From NCBI GenBank assembly GCA_002104905.1, contig MCFE01000471.1, positions 1 to 64,000 of the forward strand: a stretch of 64,000 nucleotides of DNA, read 5' to 3'. How positions within the stretch are numbered: position 1 is the stretch's first letter; the number at the start of each line of letters is the position of its first letter. A program made the position numbers and the translations under genes. This stretch comes from Basidiobolus meristosporus CBS 931.73. Taxonomy: Eukaryota; Fungi; Basidiobolomycota. Positions 38,961 to 52,741 of this stretch are shown piece after piece. The notes beneath the pieces were generated by a model. The model did no database searches, had not been told where the DNA came from, and was given only the letters and a program-made list of their open reading frames with translations.

Positions 38961-41900
38961 CTGAGGTTGGCTCGACCATCATTGTATATAGATCTCTTCC
39001 CGCTCATCCATAATATACCATCTGTATTATCGTATAAAAATAAATCATATTTATGTTATGCATGCAAGATACTCGTACACTGGAGCATGTCTTTTGGAGT
39101 GGTGATGCCGCACAGCGCTCACCAACCCATCATCTAGGGGAGGCTGCTGGCAACAGAATATAATCTACCACCTGCCATAAGAGTCTTAGACACTAGTTAC
39201 TGCCAGACTGATCTTACACAAACAAGTGCAATGTAACAATGTATCGCACTCAAATGTTGGGGGCTTTTATCCACATTTGGCCGGATAGGATATGGGTGAC
39301 CGTAGCACCGCCCAAATAAACCGATCATTATTTTATCCAAAGAAACACATCAAACAGCATTCTCGGTAAGGCATATATCTGGGGTAACTATGGACTAGCC
39401 TATGTGCTGTGGAATCACATGGGCGGCTACCAAGGCCAGCGCAAATTCCCCTTGGAGTAACCGAAATCGGTAGACTCTCGAATTGGCTGGTCACTGCGGA
39501 TGCGGTCATCACATCCCCATGGCACACTGCCAAGTGCCAAGTGATGTGCAGCCCGATGACAATGCCACCGGATGGCTGAGGCCACTGGCTGCATAAGTTT
39601 TTAGCCATTTTACTGGAAGTCGGACCTAGCTCGGCAGTACATGCTGCCTCTATATGTACATATAAAGAACTGTGGTGAATCGTTACTATATTGCAACGCT
39701 AGATCTTGCATGATCGGCCACAACATCAAGTGCTTGGGGTTTCTGTGGTTGCCCTCGGATGCTATCCGAAATGGATTCACACAGAGTAACACATGCGTGG
39801 TGGGTGATACATGACCAGCGCTTCCCAATCAATGTATTGATCTCAATTGTATGGGTGCAGGCTATCCCACAGACGAACAACAAGTCCCACAACCCCACAC
39901 GATCACACCGCCACAGGTATTCCTCGATCAAAACTCCGGCCCCAAACCTGCTCGGCAATCGCTGGCATTATTCCTAGCCACTAGTTCTCGGGTGACGATA
40001 CACCAGGGATTCAAGGAATCTATTCCATCAAACACAATATTTGCAAATCAGTCACTAACCAGAAAGGAGTATGGGTGACTTCATCATGCTCTCATGGATT
40101 CTAAAGAACCGTCTGCCCCTGGCTCCTACGACAGCATCGGTGTAGCGACAGCATTCGACTGGGCTGGGATATTAGAAATCAATATGGCGAGTCATGTAAA
40201 TCCAAGTCCACCTACCATTCGTATTCGTGATCCCTACTCAGTGCACTGACAAGATCCGATCACTCAGTATGGCTTGGTATCCACAGCACTCACAACATAG
40301 CATGAACTACGAGCCGATCAAACGTGCAGATTGATCCAATATATCACCCACAGGCCCCAGTCATGGGAGCCACAGTATTAATCGATTGTGAAGGCCAATC
40401 TGACTCTCACTATGATGTCCACCTTGAGCCCATTGTTATGCATTTCAGTCAGCAGCAAGTGGACGTTTTGTGCGACTTGGCGCTTGAGGGCCCTCTCATA
40501 GCGATACTCCCAGAGGTCTAGACCTACTGCGGATCACGAACCACCATCCTACACTGTGCTTCGGTGACCAATCCAGTTGGAGATGGGAACGATGCCCAGG
40601 GGCCATACCGAGATTCGCATAACCTTCTATGGTCACGAACCAGAATAGATTTTCCAACCGACATCTAGTGTGAGATACGGCTGAGGTATGTGACTATTTT
40701 AAGGTCGTCGAGTATCCCAGAAAGATACGCTAGGGGAGCCGGTTTATTTCCCCTTGGGTCTTCCAGAGATTTGATTCGGGCTTCGTGGTGGCATAATATA
40801 ATCCTGATTCCATGTAGTAGACAAAGCTTATCCAAGATCGATTGATGTTGGCCCACACTGAAGAGTGCCATTATGTAATATAGAGAGCATTGATAAAGTT
40901 CCTCTTTTCGGCTTATGTCTCAAACCACTCCCAGCCCTAAGCCTCAGCACTGATGCTCTTCATTTGTGCGGATATGACCCGATAGATTGGCTGTGCAGCA
41001 ACCATGACGGGTTGTGTGGGATGGCACATCACTGCTCATTAAATACCATACCGATATGAGGTCAGCAGTTCATTTACATAAGACATGGATCGCCGATAAA
41101 ATAGCTCGATTTCTACTATGCGAAGGATGACCAGCCCGTATATCCGCCAATTCAACCACCATTCCCAACTCTTAAAGGGGGTATACACTCCGGAGTGACA
41201 CACACCCTTTAGTACTGCAACCAGCTCAATCTCCATCTGTTACCAACTGCCAGCATCCTATACACCACAGGATCGCTCCACTTAATTTAATGCTATTTTT
41301 ATACCCTGATATCCAAATGAGCTATGCCACTGGGTTCTGGACTCATGGCAGTATTTGATTGCCATCGGAAGGGTGCCTCATACTTTGAGCTTATCTTTCC
41401 AAGGGTTTCTGCGGCACATCCAGATGATCGCTTTTTGAGGATGTATAGGAAACCAAAAGCTGCATTTTTCCGTAGTAGATCAAAAAGTGTATACCTAAGG
41501 TTTCTTCGGTATGTCTATCACTGCCAAGCACCCAACTAGTCATAATAGTGAATCACTACCTTTAAGGGAGTTAAGGCTCAATGTTTTATGATGTGCTGTA
41601 CCAATTCGAGTTGAGTGGTACTATATCTTCATGAATATGGTAGCTATTGTGCACAACTCCCCATTGCAACAATCCTATTGCAGCCGTAGAATCCAACCAA
41701 AAGTAACTCTATTGGAAATCCTCTGGCAGGAGAGGGGCTACATTATCATGGAAAACACCAGGCTGAGGGCCATGGTTCAGTTATTGATGGTTATTTGTGA
41801 GCCATTCTGCTGTACAGCAATATTAGCGCTGTGTGTTTGCACATGCTCAGAATAGATACAGTAAAACTCTCCTCCCCATAGAGTGACAAATTCCGAAATA

Positions 41901-43426
41901 TTAAGGATACCCGGTCACCCAATGAAGATCATTCCAAGAGGTCAAGGCTGCTTTGGCACCAATTTGAGTGGTCTGCCAAAAGGCCCAGAACAACCTCTTA
42001 TGTTACGATGGGCCATTTTTCCTGCCTCTGCCCACCAATCCTCAACTAGCATCTATGATAAGCCTGTTCATAGAGTTATGTAAGTTTCCATAATTTGCGA
42101 TCAACTCAGTTTGGAATGGAATCTAGAACTATTCGCATTGAGGGGCATTAGATTTGATAGTAAACAGTCCCAGGATACAGCTCCTGGGCCCCAGCTCCCG
42201 ATGACGTGACCTGTAACAGCATTAAACGTTATGCTATGTTGATTTTCGAAGCATTTCCATAATTAGTGCCAGGTCTGCATAGTTCCACCCCCACAATTGC
42301 TGCGAGTTCTCGCAGAGCTCATTGGATTCAAGACTGGGCTCATGGTATTTTCACATTGTACCAACCCATCCACTCTTTATTGTCAGCACTCTAATCCGAC
42401 CTATATTCCCCGCCTCTCTGACTGTAACTCGCAGCAATACAGAGCTGCCCTCGACGCTTGATCCCCAATTCCCAACAATTTCCAGGAACGCCTAGCCCTC
42501 TTCCGCATTCACTGCCAGAGAAAAAGGTCCGAATTGGGGGGGGGGAGTCAAGCGAGGTCAGCTATCGATCTCATCATCTCCCGCAATTCCACCCAAACCA
42601 ACCGTCCCAGCAGATTGCTTTCACACTTAGGAGTTCAGGATCCTTGAGGGAAAGGTCGCAGTCTCCACGGATTGGCATCCGATGCTTGGGCTTTGGCTGG
42701 TAAGGGAGTTCTCGATGGGCCTGACGGTGTCGTACCACATTAGGAGAAGACTGATTCGCCCTTCAATTTCCCCAGGGCCCGACTCTAAATGTGGCGAAAC
42801 TTATGGTACCACCCGCGGGCGGTGTAACTGGGTTCATCATGAAACCAGTGCAGTACTGAGCAAAGGAGAAGTTTATTTTGTAAGAAGTCGAGGCGAGATT
42901 GTTTCAAGCCTTCATCTGATATTGGGTGTTCTGGCTGGACATGAAGACTCGGCTCCTTCAAATTGCAGGCTGCTGGTTAGGCCCATTCGGCCGGCCTTCG
43001 GGGCAAGGACTCATCGAACGCGGGTGGAGGGAGGTACAGTTGCTGTAGCAATGGTCCTCCATTCAACCTTCCGATTGCTTGAAACATACATGTTGGTCCA
43101 TTCTACGTAATGATTTATGCTTTGGAGTATAGGTTGGTTTCATAGGGGAATTGGGGTAGGGGGGCTAGGGTGGCTCGATTGGACTGGCCAGACCCGTCTG
43201 CATTCATCATCACAAAGTAGTAGGTGGTGACCACAATCCCCTCGGGAGGCGAGCCAGGTGGGACAGTCGGGCTTTGGCTCGTGGGTAACGGTAAAATAAG
43301 TGTATCATGAAATTCAGAGGAAACGTGAAATGATAGGATTCTCGTGGGATGCATGCTTCCAGAGTCGCGATCCTTCTCTATATAGAATGGATGGGGCTGA
43401 ATGCCTGAGCTCTAGAGGCCGACCGC

Positions 43427-44301
43427 TCACTGCTCCCCGGGGCGTCGGAGGGACAGCTTCATGCCTTGGCTTGAGAACCAGTTCGACAGTGGGGTCACCT
43501 CTGGTGGCGATGTTCGTCGAGTTAATGTTCCATTCCCAAGATGCGAGTGGTTTCGTGGACTTACCGGTCATCCCAGGGAAGCTTCGGGGCTGGAAGACGG
43601 TGAACGGCTCGCTGAATACGTGGGTCAGCATGCTGTTCTTCTCTCCCTTCCACGTCCTAAACGTGCATGGCCAATGAGTGTCAGCAAATAAGAATCCACC
43701 CCAACCGTACTTACTTCATCACATCCCACAGGCTGAACCGCAACCTGAATGTCCCCTCGACTCGAACCGAGAGATCTGGGAACAGGAAGAATATCCCCGG
43801 ATCACCACAGATATGCTTCAGTTGATATGCTGATGAGACCGTCGATCCAATCAGGTTGCGGACTTTGACCGGCCCTCCCAGAGAGATGACGGAGGAGCCG
43901 AGGCGACTGTTGCAGGAGGCTGCCGGTATAGATGCAGGGTTGACAACCACGTTACAATCGTGCTCGAAGTCAACAGACCAAAGATCTGCGTGAACGACGA
44001 GTCCTGAGAACTCGGAGGCCCTAGTTCAAGAAGCAGTGGAGTTAGCATGGGCAAGGTGAGGTGGGCGGGTTTGCATAGGAGAAAACTCATGTACTCGGTG
44101 ATAATGGCGCCTTTCTCGTCGTATACCTTCAACTCCAGTATCGGCAAGGGGCCGACAAGTCTGCGGTCCCTGTCGCCAAATCCGCACATCCGCGCCCGCA
44201 GTGGCTGCTGGATGAGTTCTAAAGAGTATCTTCAGTGTAAGAGAAAGTTAACCTAAAAACGTTCCATCCCCTGAGAGAATCAGAAATTGCTACCGAGACA
44301 T
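43427..44301 (-). CDS. Velvet-domain protein (VelB/VelC/VosA-like), compact, about 5 exons
   Basis: Spliced MSRYSLELIQQPLRARMCGFGDRDRR...RNLIGSTVSSA...GIFFLFPDLSVRVEGTFRLRFSL...FSEPFTVFQPRSFPGMTEVTPLSNWFSSQGMKLSLRR; stop TGA at 43427-43429. Confidence 0.9.
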
Positions 44302-47270
44302 TGAGCGGCAAAGCCTTGCTGCTATCGAAGCGTTCCTACTTTGTTCTTGCGTCAAGGCCAGCGAGTTTAGAGTTGTGTGGTGGTGAGCGACTTGATGGAT
44401 CTCGTCGAGGCAGGGAGGGGAAGTGGAACTATCGTACGCAGTAGCTGTGGTGTAGTGGAGAACAAAAGGCAAACTTGAGCATGAACGTCCAGTCACCTCT
44501 TATTAAGCAAATCCACCGATACCGAGAATGGAAACGGAGACAACATCACTGATGAAATGATGCTAGAGATTCCTAAACTTATCTTATCAGAAGTGGCGTA
44601 CCAGAACGCTACATTTTTTTCGGGTTTGCTCTAGATAATTCGGACGAATAGGTCATCGAGTATAAAGCTTGTATACGGTTTGGGCATATCGCCATGGATC
44701 ATGAAGCGGCTCATGTATACAGCGATCAGCATCGAGGTGATGATGAGGGCAGCCTAAATAATCCGAGCGATAAATATGGAAATCGGAGATGCCACAACAC
44801 TCGCCGAATGCGCTTGCAATGGAGGGGGCTCCCAGCAATACTGAGGCCTGGAAACAATGCATGCAATTCCCAGGTTGGCTTGAGTGTAGCGTCATGAATC
44901 CATATTGATGCAACTCTACAGGGTCCGTAATAGGCTCGTATATCTCAGCTGCCGTGGTGTATCCCGAAGAGCCGCATCGAGTGATATCGGTGCCCGCACT
45001 AACGACATGGCTTTTGCATAGCCTAAGCCAGTTTTGTTTGTACCTTGGGATCTTCAGCACTGTCGGCAAATTACGAACTTGCATTTAATCGTGCCAAAAA
45101 GAGGAAATTTGGCAGCATTGTATCTGAGGCAAGATTTGAGTGCGTCCTGATCAGGCGCCAGTGCGATTGGTAGAGCTCCATTGTTTGGATATCTCGAGTT
45201 GATTATCTAGCCCGCTGATTCACTCAAATGGTTGGTTTGTGTTCTAGATTATCTAATATATTACAAACAAGCTAATACATGCTGGAGAACCCTCATCCCA
45301 TCATGATTCCTTCGCAATGGCCAGATTGGCGGCAACGCATTAGGCTCGGGGTCCGACGTTCATGAAGATACACTTACCTAGAGCATACGGAGCTGCCAGC
45401 GTCCATTCCTGATTACCGATATGCGGTGCAGCTCACTGATTCGAGGGGTAAGCAGCTAGGCAGTGGGGCGACCTGTAGCCCGCTGGATAGGTTGAAGCGG
45501 CTAATTTTTAGAAAAACGACCGTAAACACTGTTTGTTCTTTCTGGAAGGAAACCCGCTTGGACTCTGATACAACCATCCTTTGCCCCATAAAATGCCTAA
45601 CTTGTTTGGTGGCAACCTGACATTTTAGCAACCATAATTCGTACTGAGTATAAGCACTGCCATGTATAGCCAATCAGATCATTCTCCATGAAACCATTTT
45701 AGTTGTAGTTATCATGGCATATTTATGCGCTGTCGGCGCACGTCGGCCAGCCTGTTATCGAAAAGTGGGAATTAAAAAGCACCTCTCATTGATTGGCCCA
45801 CACGTCCAATCGAATCATAGGAATACCACACACGATAGAACGAGTTAGCGTTCGGACCTGGCCAATCACGGTCAAGCATTCGAACCCCCATATCTTTTAC
45901 ATTGGCTTTGATCGGCTCCTATGACAACTTCAATTTTTGAGCTATCAGGCGTTTTCATCGGGTTTTAGGCATAGTGAGCTGGCAGCTTGGTCTGTCAACC
46001 ATGGAATGCGCCCGGCTGCAGCATTCGCAACGGAATGGCCCATTGCTGCGCACCTTGGTGTCCTGCGAACTCCATCCTCAATGAAAATCGGTTGCATGTA
46101 GTTGGCTGTCTTTGGAAAACACACTCTACCTGGGCTTCCCAGTGTGTCATCTGATCCCCATAATCAGGGCTTCATGATATTTAGAAACCTTTGGAATTAT
46201 TTAGCCTAGACAGGGTTAGTCCGAAAGATCAATGACAGTTCACTAAGGATTGCTATATGCCATACGAACTCTGCACGTTTCCTATCACTCCGCCAAGTGC
46301 GCACCTCATCGTTTGCAAACCCCATCTCCCATATGCTATGATTCAATGGGTTTGGCATAAAACGCACCGTGGGAAGTGTTATGACTACATCAAAAAATGG
46401 GTAGACGTCATGTGCTATCTCGATAAATTGGTTTCTGCATGGTGGTGTGAATTCGGGTTTTGCTCTCATTAGCCTGATCTTCGATTCAGAGAACTTTCGG
46501 ACGCTTCCAAGAAGTAGTTGGCAGTAATGGATTACCACTAATCGCGAGGAACAGCAAGTGTGGGGTACAGCACTTTATTGGTATGGCTGAGGATACGGCA
46601 CTGGGTCATGAATGCCCGAAGTCTGATCAGCACTTTCAACTTACCTTGGTAAAATGAGGGGAAAGCTCAGTATCAGTATCAGTATCAAATCATGGCAAGC
46701 AGGCTGTGGACTAGTTCATAGTAAATGGGGTGCAATAGCTGTTGGCCGATATGGTTGAGAGCCGCTTCGCGATTGGTATCATGAGCTTAATGCGGGAGTG
46801 CCAGGAGTAATGATTTAAATCAAGCTTCATATCTAAACAGGCATCCAGCATTAGCTTTTCTACCAAGTATTGCCTGTTTGCAAAACGCATATGAATAAAA
46901 GACTTCATACGAATCCTATCCATATCCAGATAGTACCGTTGACAAACAGTATTACTGCTTGGTGCTATGCTCACAATGCTGAGTCCCAAAGTTAAGAGCA
47001 ACGGATCATTATTTGGGGTGGGTTGCTGGTGCTCACAACTCAAATAGTCGAAGAGCGTACCACCCCTCAATCAGTGTCATGTTACACCAGCCTCTCGATT
47101 GGCTGATTTGGTGGCAGAAAGTAAATGACCTTTAACCGGATTTGGCTAAATGAGTGCACCAAATGTCTCCCACCCCCGTGAATCCATACTCACTCCCCCC
47201 TCCTCTCCAACCAAGGTTTGCAGATGAATCTTTATTCTAACGAATAAGCCACCATTTTAACAGATAATGA

Positions 47271-48323
47271 TTAGTAATCAGATTGCATGGCCATGAATGT
47301 GCCAACCAAAAAACCTAGGAGGCCGAATTGAATAGGATTCCCACTCATCGCGTCAGAGGTTTTCACGATGTTTGAGCCCTGAGTGGTGCTCTTAATGGGA
47401 TCAGATGATATGCTTGACGGCACTTGGGAGTTGTTCGTGCTAGAAGCAATACTAAGGAATTGCTTGTAGTTGTTGATATTTACGAAGTAAGTGATCTCGC
47501 CTGAGATACCACAGTTATCGGAAAGTGGATCCACGAGGTTCACTCCATAGCTGGTCAATCCAATTAGTTTGCCTGACCCATATACTGGACTTCCAGAGTC
47601 GCCGAAGCAGGGAGCCTTTCCAGGCATGGGCTTTGTACAGAAGATGGTTGGGTCATTCTTGGTCTCGCCGATAGACTTCATGCAAAAATCTGTGCTTCCG
47701 ATGGTTAAATTCAACTTCAATAAGGTCGGGGATTGTTGCTGGGTTTCGGTTTCCCCAAATCCTACAGTGGTTACGTTCTGGTTCACCTTAGGGATGCTCC
47801 CTATGGTTGCCGGCTTAATGTTATCGCTGAATTGTATGGGGCTCTGTAGCTCAATAAGGCCAAGGTCGTTCTGGTAGAAATATCATGTGATGAGATGTTA
47901 GGACCGACTTGGATAAGGTGCGCTCCGTGAAGTTCTTTCTCAACTAACCTTTGAAGTAACTAGGTCAAACTGATCATGGAGGATGTAGCGTTTGATCGGA
48001 ACGGAATTGGTCTTGATGTTCTGAGTGCTTCCAAACACCAAAGAAAAAGACTCTACCGGGAGCTTGACGAAGCTCGATGCCGATGAATTTGAGTATTGAA
48101 CTAAGCAATGTCCAGCAGTAATAATCCAATTCTCATTCAGAATGGCTCCACCGCATCTTGAATTGCCCTGCAATAATATATGAGCCATGGAAGGGAACTC
48201 GCTAGCAGTAGTGGAGGAGCCTCCAACGATATAGCTCATCGGCTGAGGCTTCACGTCTCCTTGAACCTCCTTTGCCCCATAGGCCACAATAGGGAGTATC
48301 GCGAGAAGGTAAAGGAACAACAT
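47271..48323 (-). CDS. Secreted S1 (trypsin-fold) serine protease with S/T-rich linker and hydrophobic C-terminus; intron 47871-47948
   Basis: Signal peptide, activation site Y|IVGG, catalytic TAGHC, NDLGLI, GDSGSP. Confidence 0.93.
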
Positions 48324-49324
48324 GTGCTTGCGATGTCACGCTCAAGTGCCAAGGAAATAGGTTATGGATAAAGGGGTTATTTATACGCGGGTATAGAGTA
48401 TAAGGATGGAGGTTCTGAGCAGCAGATGGGAAGGGGAATGTTGAAACAAAAATGAGAGAGCAGAGAGAGACCGCTAATAAATACAGTATGCGAGTTTGAA
48501 TGATAGAGGAAAATCCAATCTAGCAAATAGACATCTTTCTTAGGGATAAAGGGAACTTGTTTATCGGGCGTGTGTTAGCTGCGAAAGAGGAAGACGTGTG
48601 TAGCGGCCTAGACTGGTAGGCATCAAGAGGAATAAAATACTTGCTAGACACACATATCCATTTTAAATGGATCACCAGAATCGATTTGGTTGTGTTTCCG
48701 TCGGTGATCAAATATATAAGATGCATGGAAAATAGCTGGGTTGCCTGACATATTCGGACAAAGGGTAGGGTAACCAATGATCTCGTTGGAAGCTGTTTCT
48801 AATTCATCAAATAAATTGGGCCCTATCTATTGTTAGGAGACGTGTGTCCTGTGCCTAATTAATTGATTCTTGGTGGCCTGCTGTCAGTTGGGCCTGCTCA
48901 GTCTCGCCAATTCTGCCAGGTTTATTGACATTCACTCATGCAATACATGGACATTGAAGATGCCTTCCGGATCTAGCCAAATCGCCCTTCCGAACGCTTT
49001 TTTGCTGTTTCACTCTCATGGAACACAAATAACCCCAGCGCTGTCACATGGCATTACGCCCTCGGTCACGTGCCCACCCGGAGGCCATAGACTCGGCCTC
49101 GAAGTCGGCGGGCAGCGCTGAGGTGTGACAGGGCTCGACGGACCGTGTATCAGGAATGGAGCAGTGGACTTATGTAGCAATAGAGAATCCGTACTTATTA
49201 TTTGGCTATGAAAGGTACATATAACATTGTGGCTATTATGCGGTGGCAAATACGCTTATCGTCTTCACTCGACTGTAAAAGAAACTAGCAATATACGGGC
49301 GGGGCGATTGATCACAGGCTTGTG

Positions 49325-51032
<1,708 letters not shown>

Positions 51033-52410
51033 CTGTCGAATAGTTGAGAGGGTACGAAGCAAATGGCTATTTAGCTTTGAGTGTTGCCAAGTTCGATATC
51101 TGTAGAGGAGTGGATGTTAAATCGATAGGAGTATAGTAAAATAAATCGATTGCTTAAATAAAACCACTTTAAATCCACCCTAGCACGCCAGCACTAAAAA
51201 TCCCTACTTAATACTGAATAATAGCAAATTAAATGGGGATTTATTAGGGACGGAGATTTCACAGCGTCGGTTCTCCATAGAAATACCAGACTGAGAACAA
51301 CAGTGATTGGCGGATTTAAGGAGGACTTATGCGCCCTGACACACGATTAACAATAAATGGTGGCTACTGATATTCGGTATGAACATCAAGACCGAGTGTG
51401 TTCTCTGCACAGAGCTACGAAACCAACCCTGGACACTGGGAGGAGGTCACATGTAATAAGCTTGCAGATGCTGTATACGGGATTGCTAGGGCTGATTATA
51501 CAAGTGATCTGGAAAATGGCTGTAAAGCGTAGTCTGCTCATGTGCTCCCAAGCTAATCACTGAGGTGCGGACTTCACCGGTTTGCCATAATGATGAGGCA
51601 CTAGTGAAACATGGTCGTAAACTTGAGTTAGGGGAGTCCAAGTGCCAACACTTGATGGACTACCAAACAAACGTAGCGAATCGATGCTATTATCTGATCT
51701 ACAGCAAACCAATGATCTGTTCACGTCGAGGTGGCGAGCCAGCAACTTGGCCATATGTTGCTCATATAAGGCTGCAGCTCCAGCGCTTTTTCAACCTTCT
51801 CCCCTTTATTGAGCATCAGATTGGTGTGTTGATTCTATACCCAGTTGGGCCTTGGCTACACGCTTGATTGCGATGAAATTATAATGCAGGTTTCAAATCA
51901 TAATGATCAATTGCCTTCACTAGAGCACCACACATGGAAATGCCTCCAGCGTAGCTAGTACAATAGCAATAAGCCAGCTAAGAATTTTTGAACCTTGCAA
52001 GTACATAATCTAACTTAAACTTTGTGTTATGGGTAATATTACACCAAATTAAATGAAGTCCTTCTTGAGAGAAGAGAATGTTGAGGGGTTTAGGGAAATC
52101 ACCAACTGTAAGTGATGCTTGTTGATATAATGAATATTACTGCAAATGCCAGGATTCATATTATCAAAGAAAGGGGTAGTGATGTTAAGGTAGCTCTGTT
52201 CAAGTGCACAAAGATGATAAATGGCCACATCTTTGGGCTTTTTGGCTATGAGTATCTTTGTGGCTAGTTGAGCAACTGGAGGAGAGTTGGGAAGGATATG
52301 CTAACAGAAAGAATTGTGGGTAAGAGTTAGGGGGATGAAATTGACTAATTGGTAAAATCTTTATTAACTTAGGACAAGTATCTAATAAAGGCAAGTTAAA
52401 CTGAGGTTAT

Positions 52411-52741
52411 TGTTGTAAAAGTTGTATTTCCACCTAAATGTTCACCTAACTTAGTCACTTAGATCATTACCTTCAAATCCTGGAGAATACTGACCAAATT
52501 CCTTGTTGGGATTTACTTAGAATATTTACCCAGAACATGATAATTAGATAAGTTGCCCAAAGAGCCCCAAACTTTGTACATATATTCTTGAGACCTTCCT
52601 TAACCTATTCTACATGCTTGTTATGCCAAGACCATGTAAAAGTATAAATACTACTTTTACATTCAATAAATCATTAAGTGAAAACCACACAATCTACTTG
52701 TCCTCCCAATCACTTCCAATATCTCCAAGACTCTTACAACA
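52411..52741 (+). repeat. Copia-4 5' LTR
   Basis: TGTTGTAAAAG...CTCTTACAACA with TATAAATA and AATAAA. Confidence 0.92.

Noticed and set aside
39040-42400. Short ORFs and partially CpG-poor patches between the C2H2 and velvet genes
   Set aside because: No motif, terminal repeat or second copy could be identified; possibly very old TE debris.
44653-45084. 143-aa minus-strand ORF upstream of velvet
   Set aside because: No domain motif, splice support or codon pattern recognisable.
45860-45950. Minus-strand TAGCTCAA ... GGTTCGAATG resembling tRNA A/B boxes
   Set aside because: No D-loop GG, no acceptor-stem pairing and no recognisable anticodon arm.
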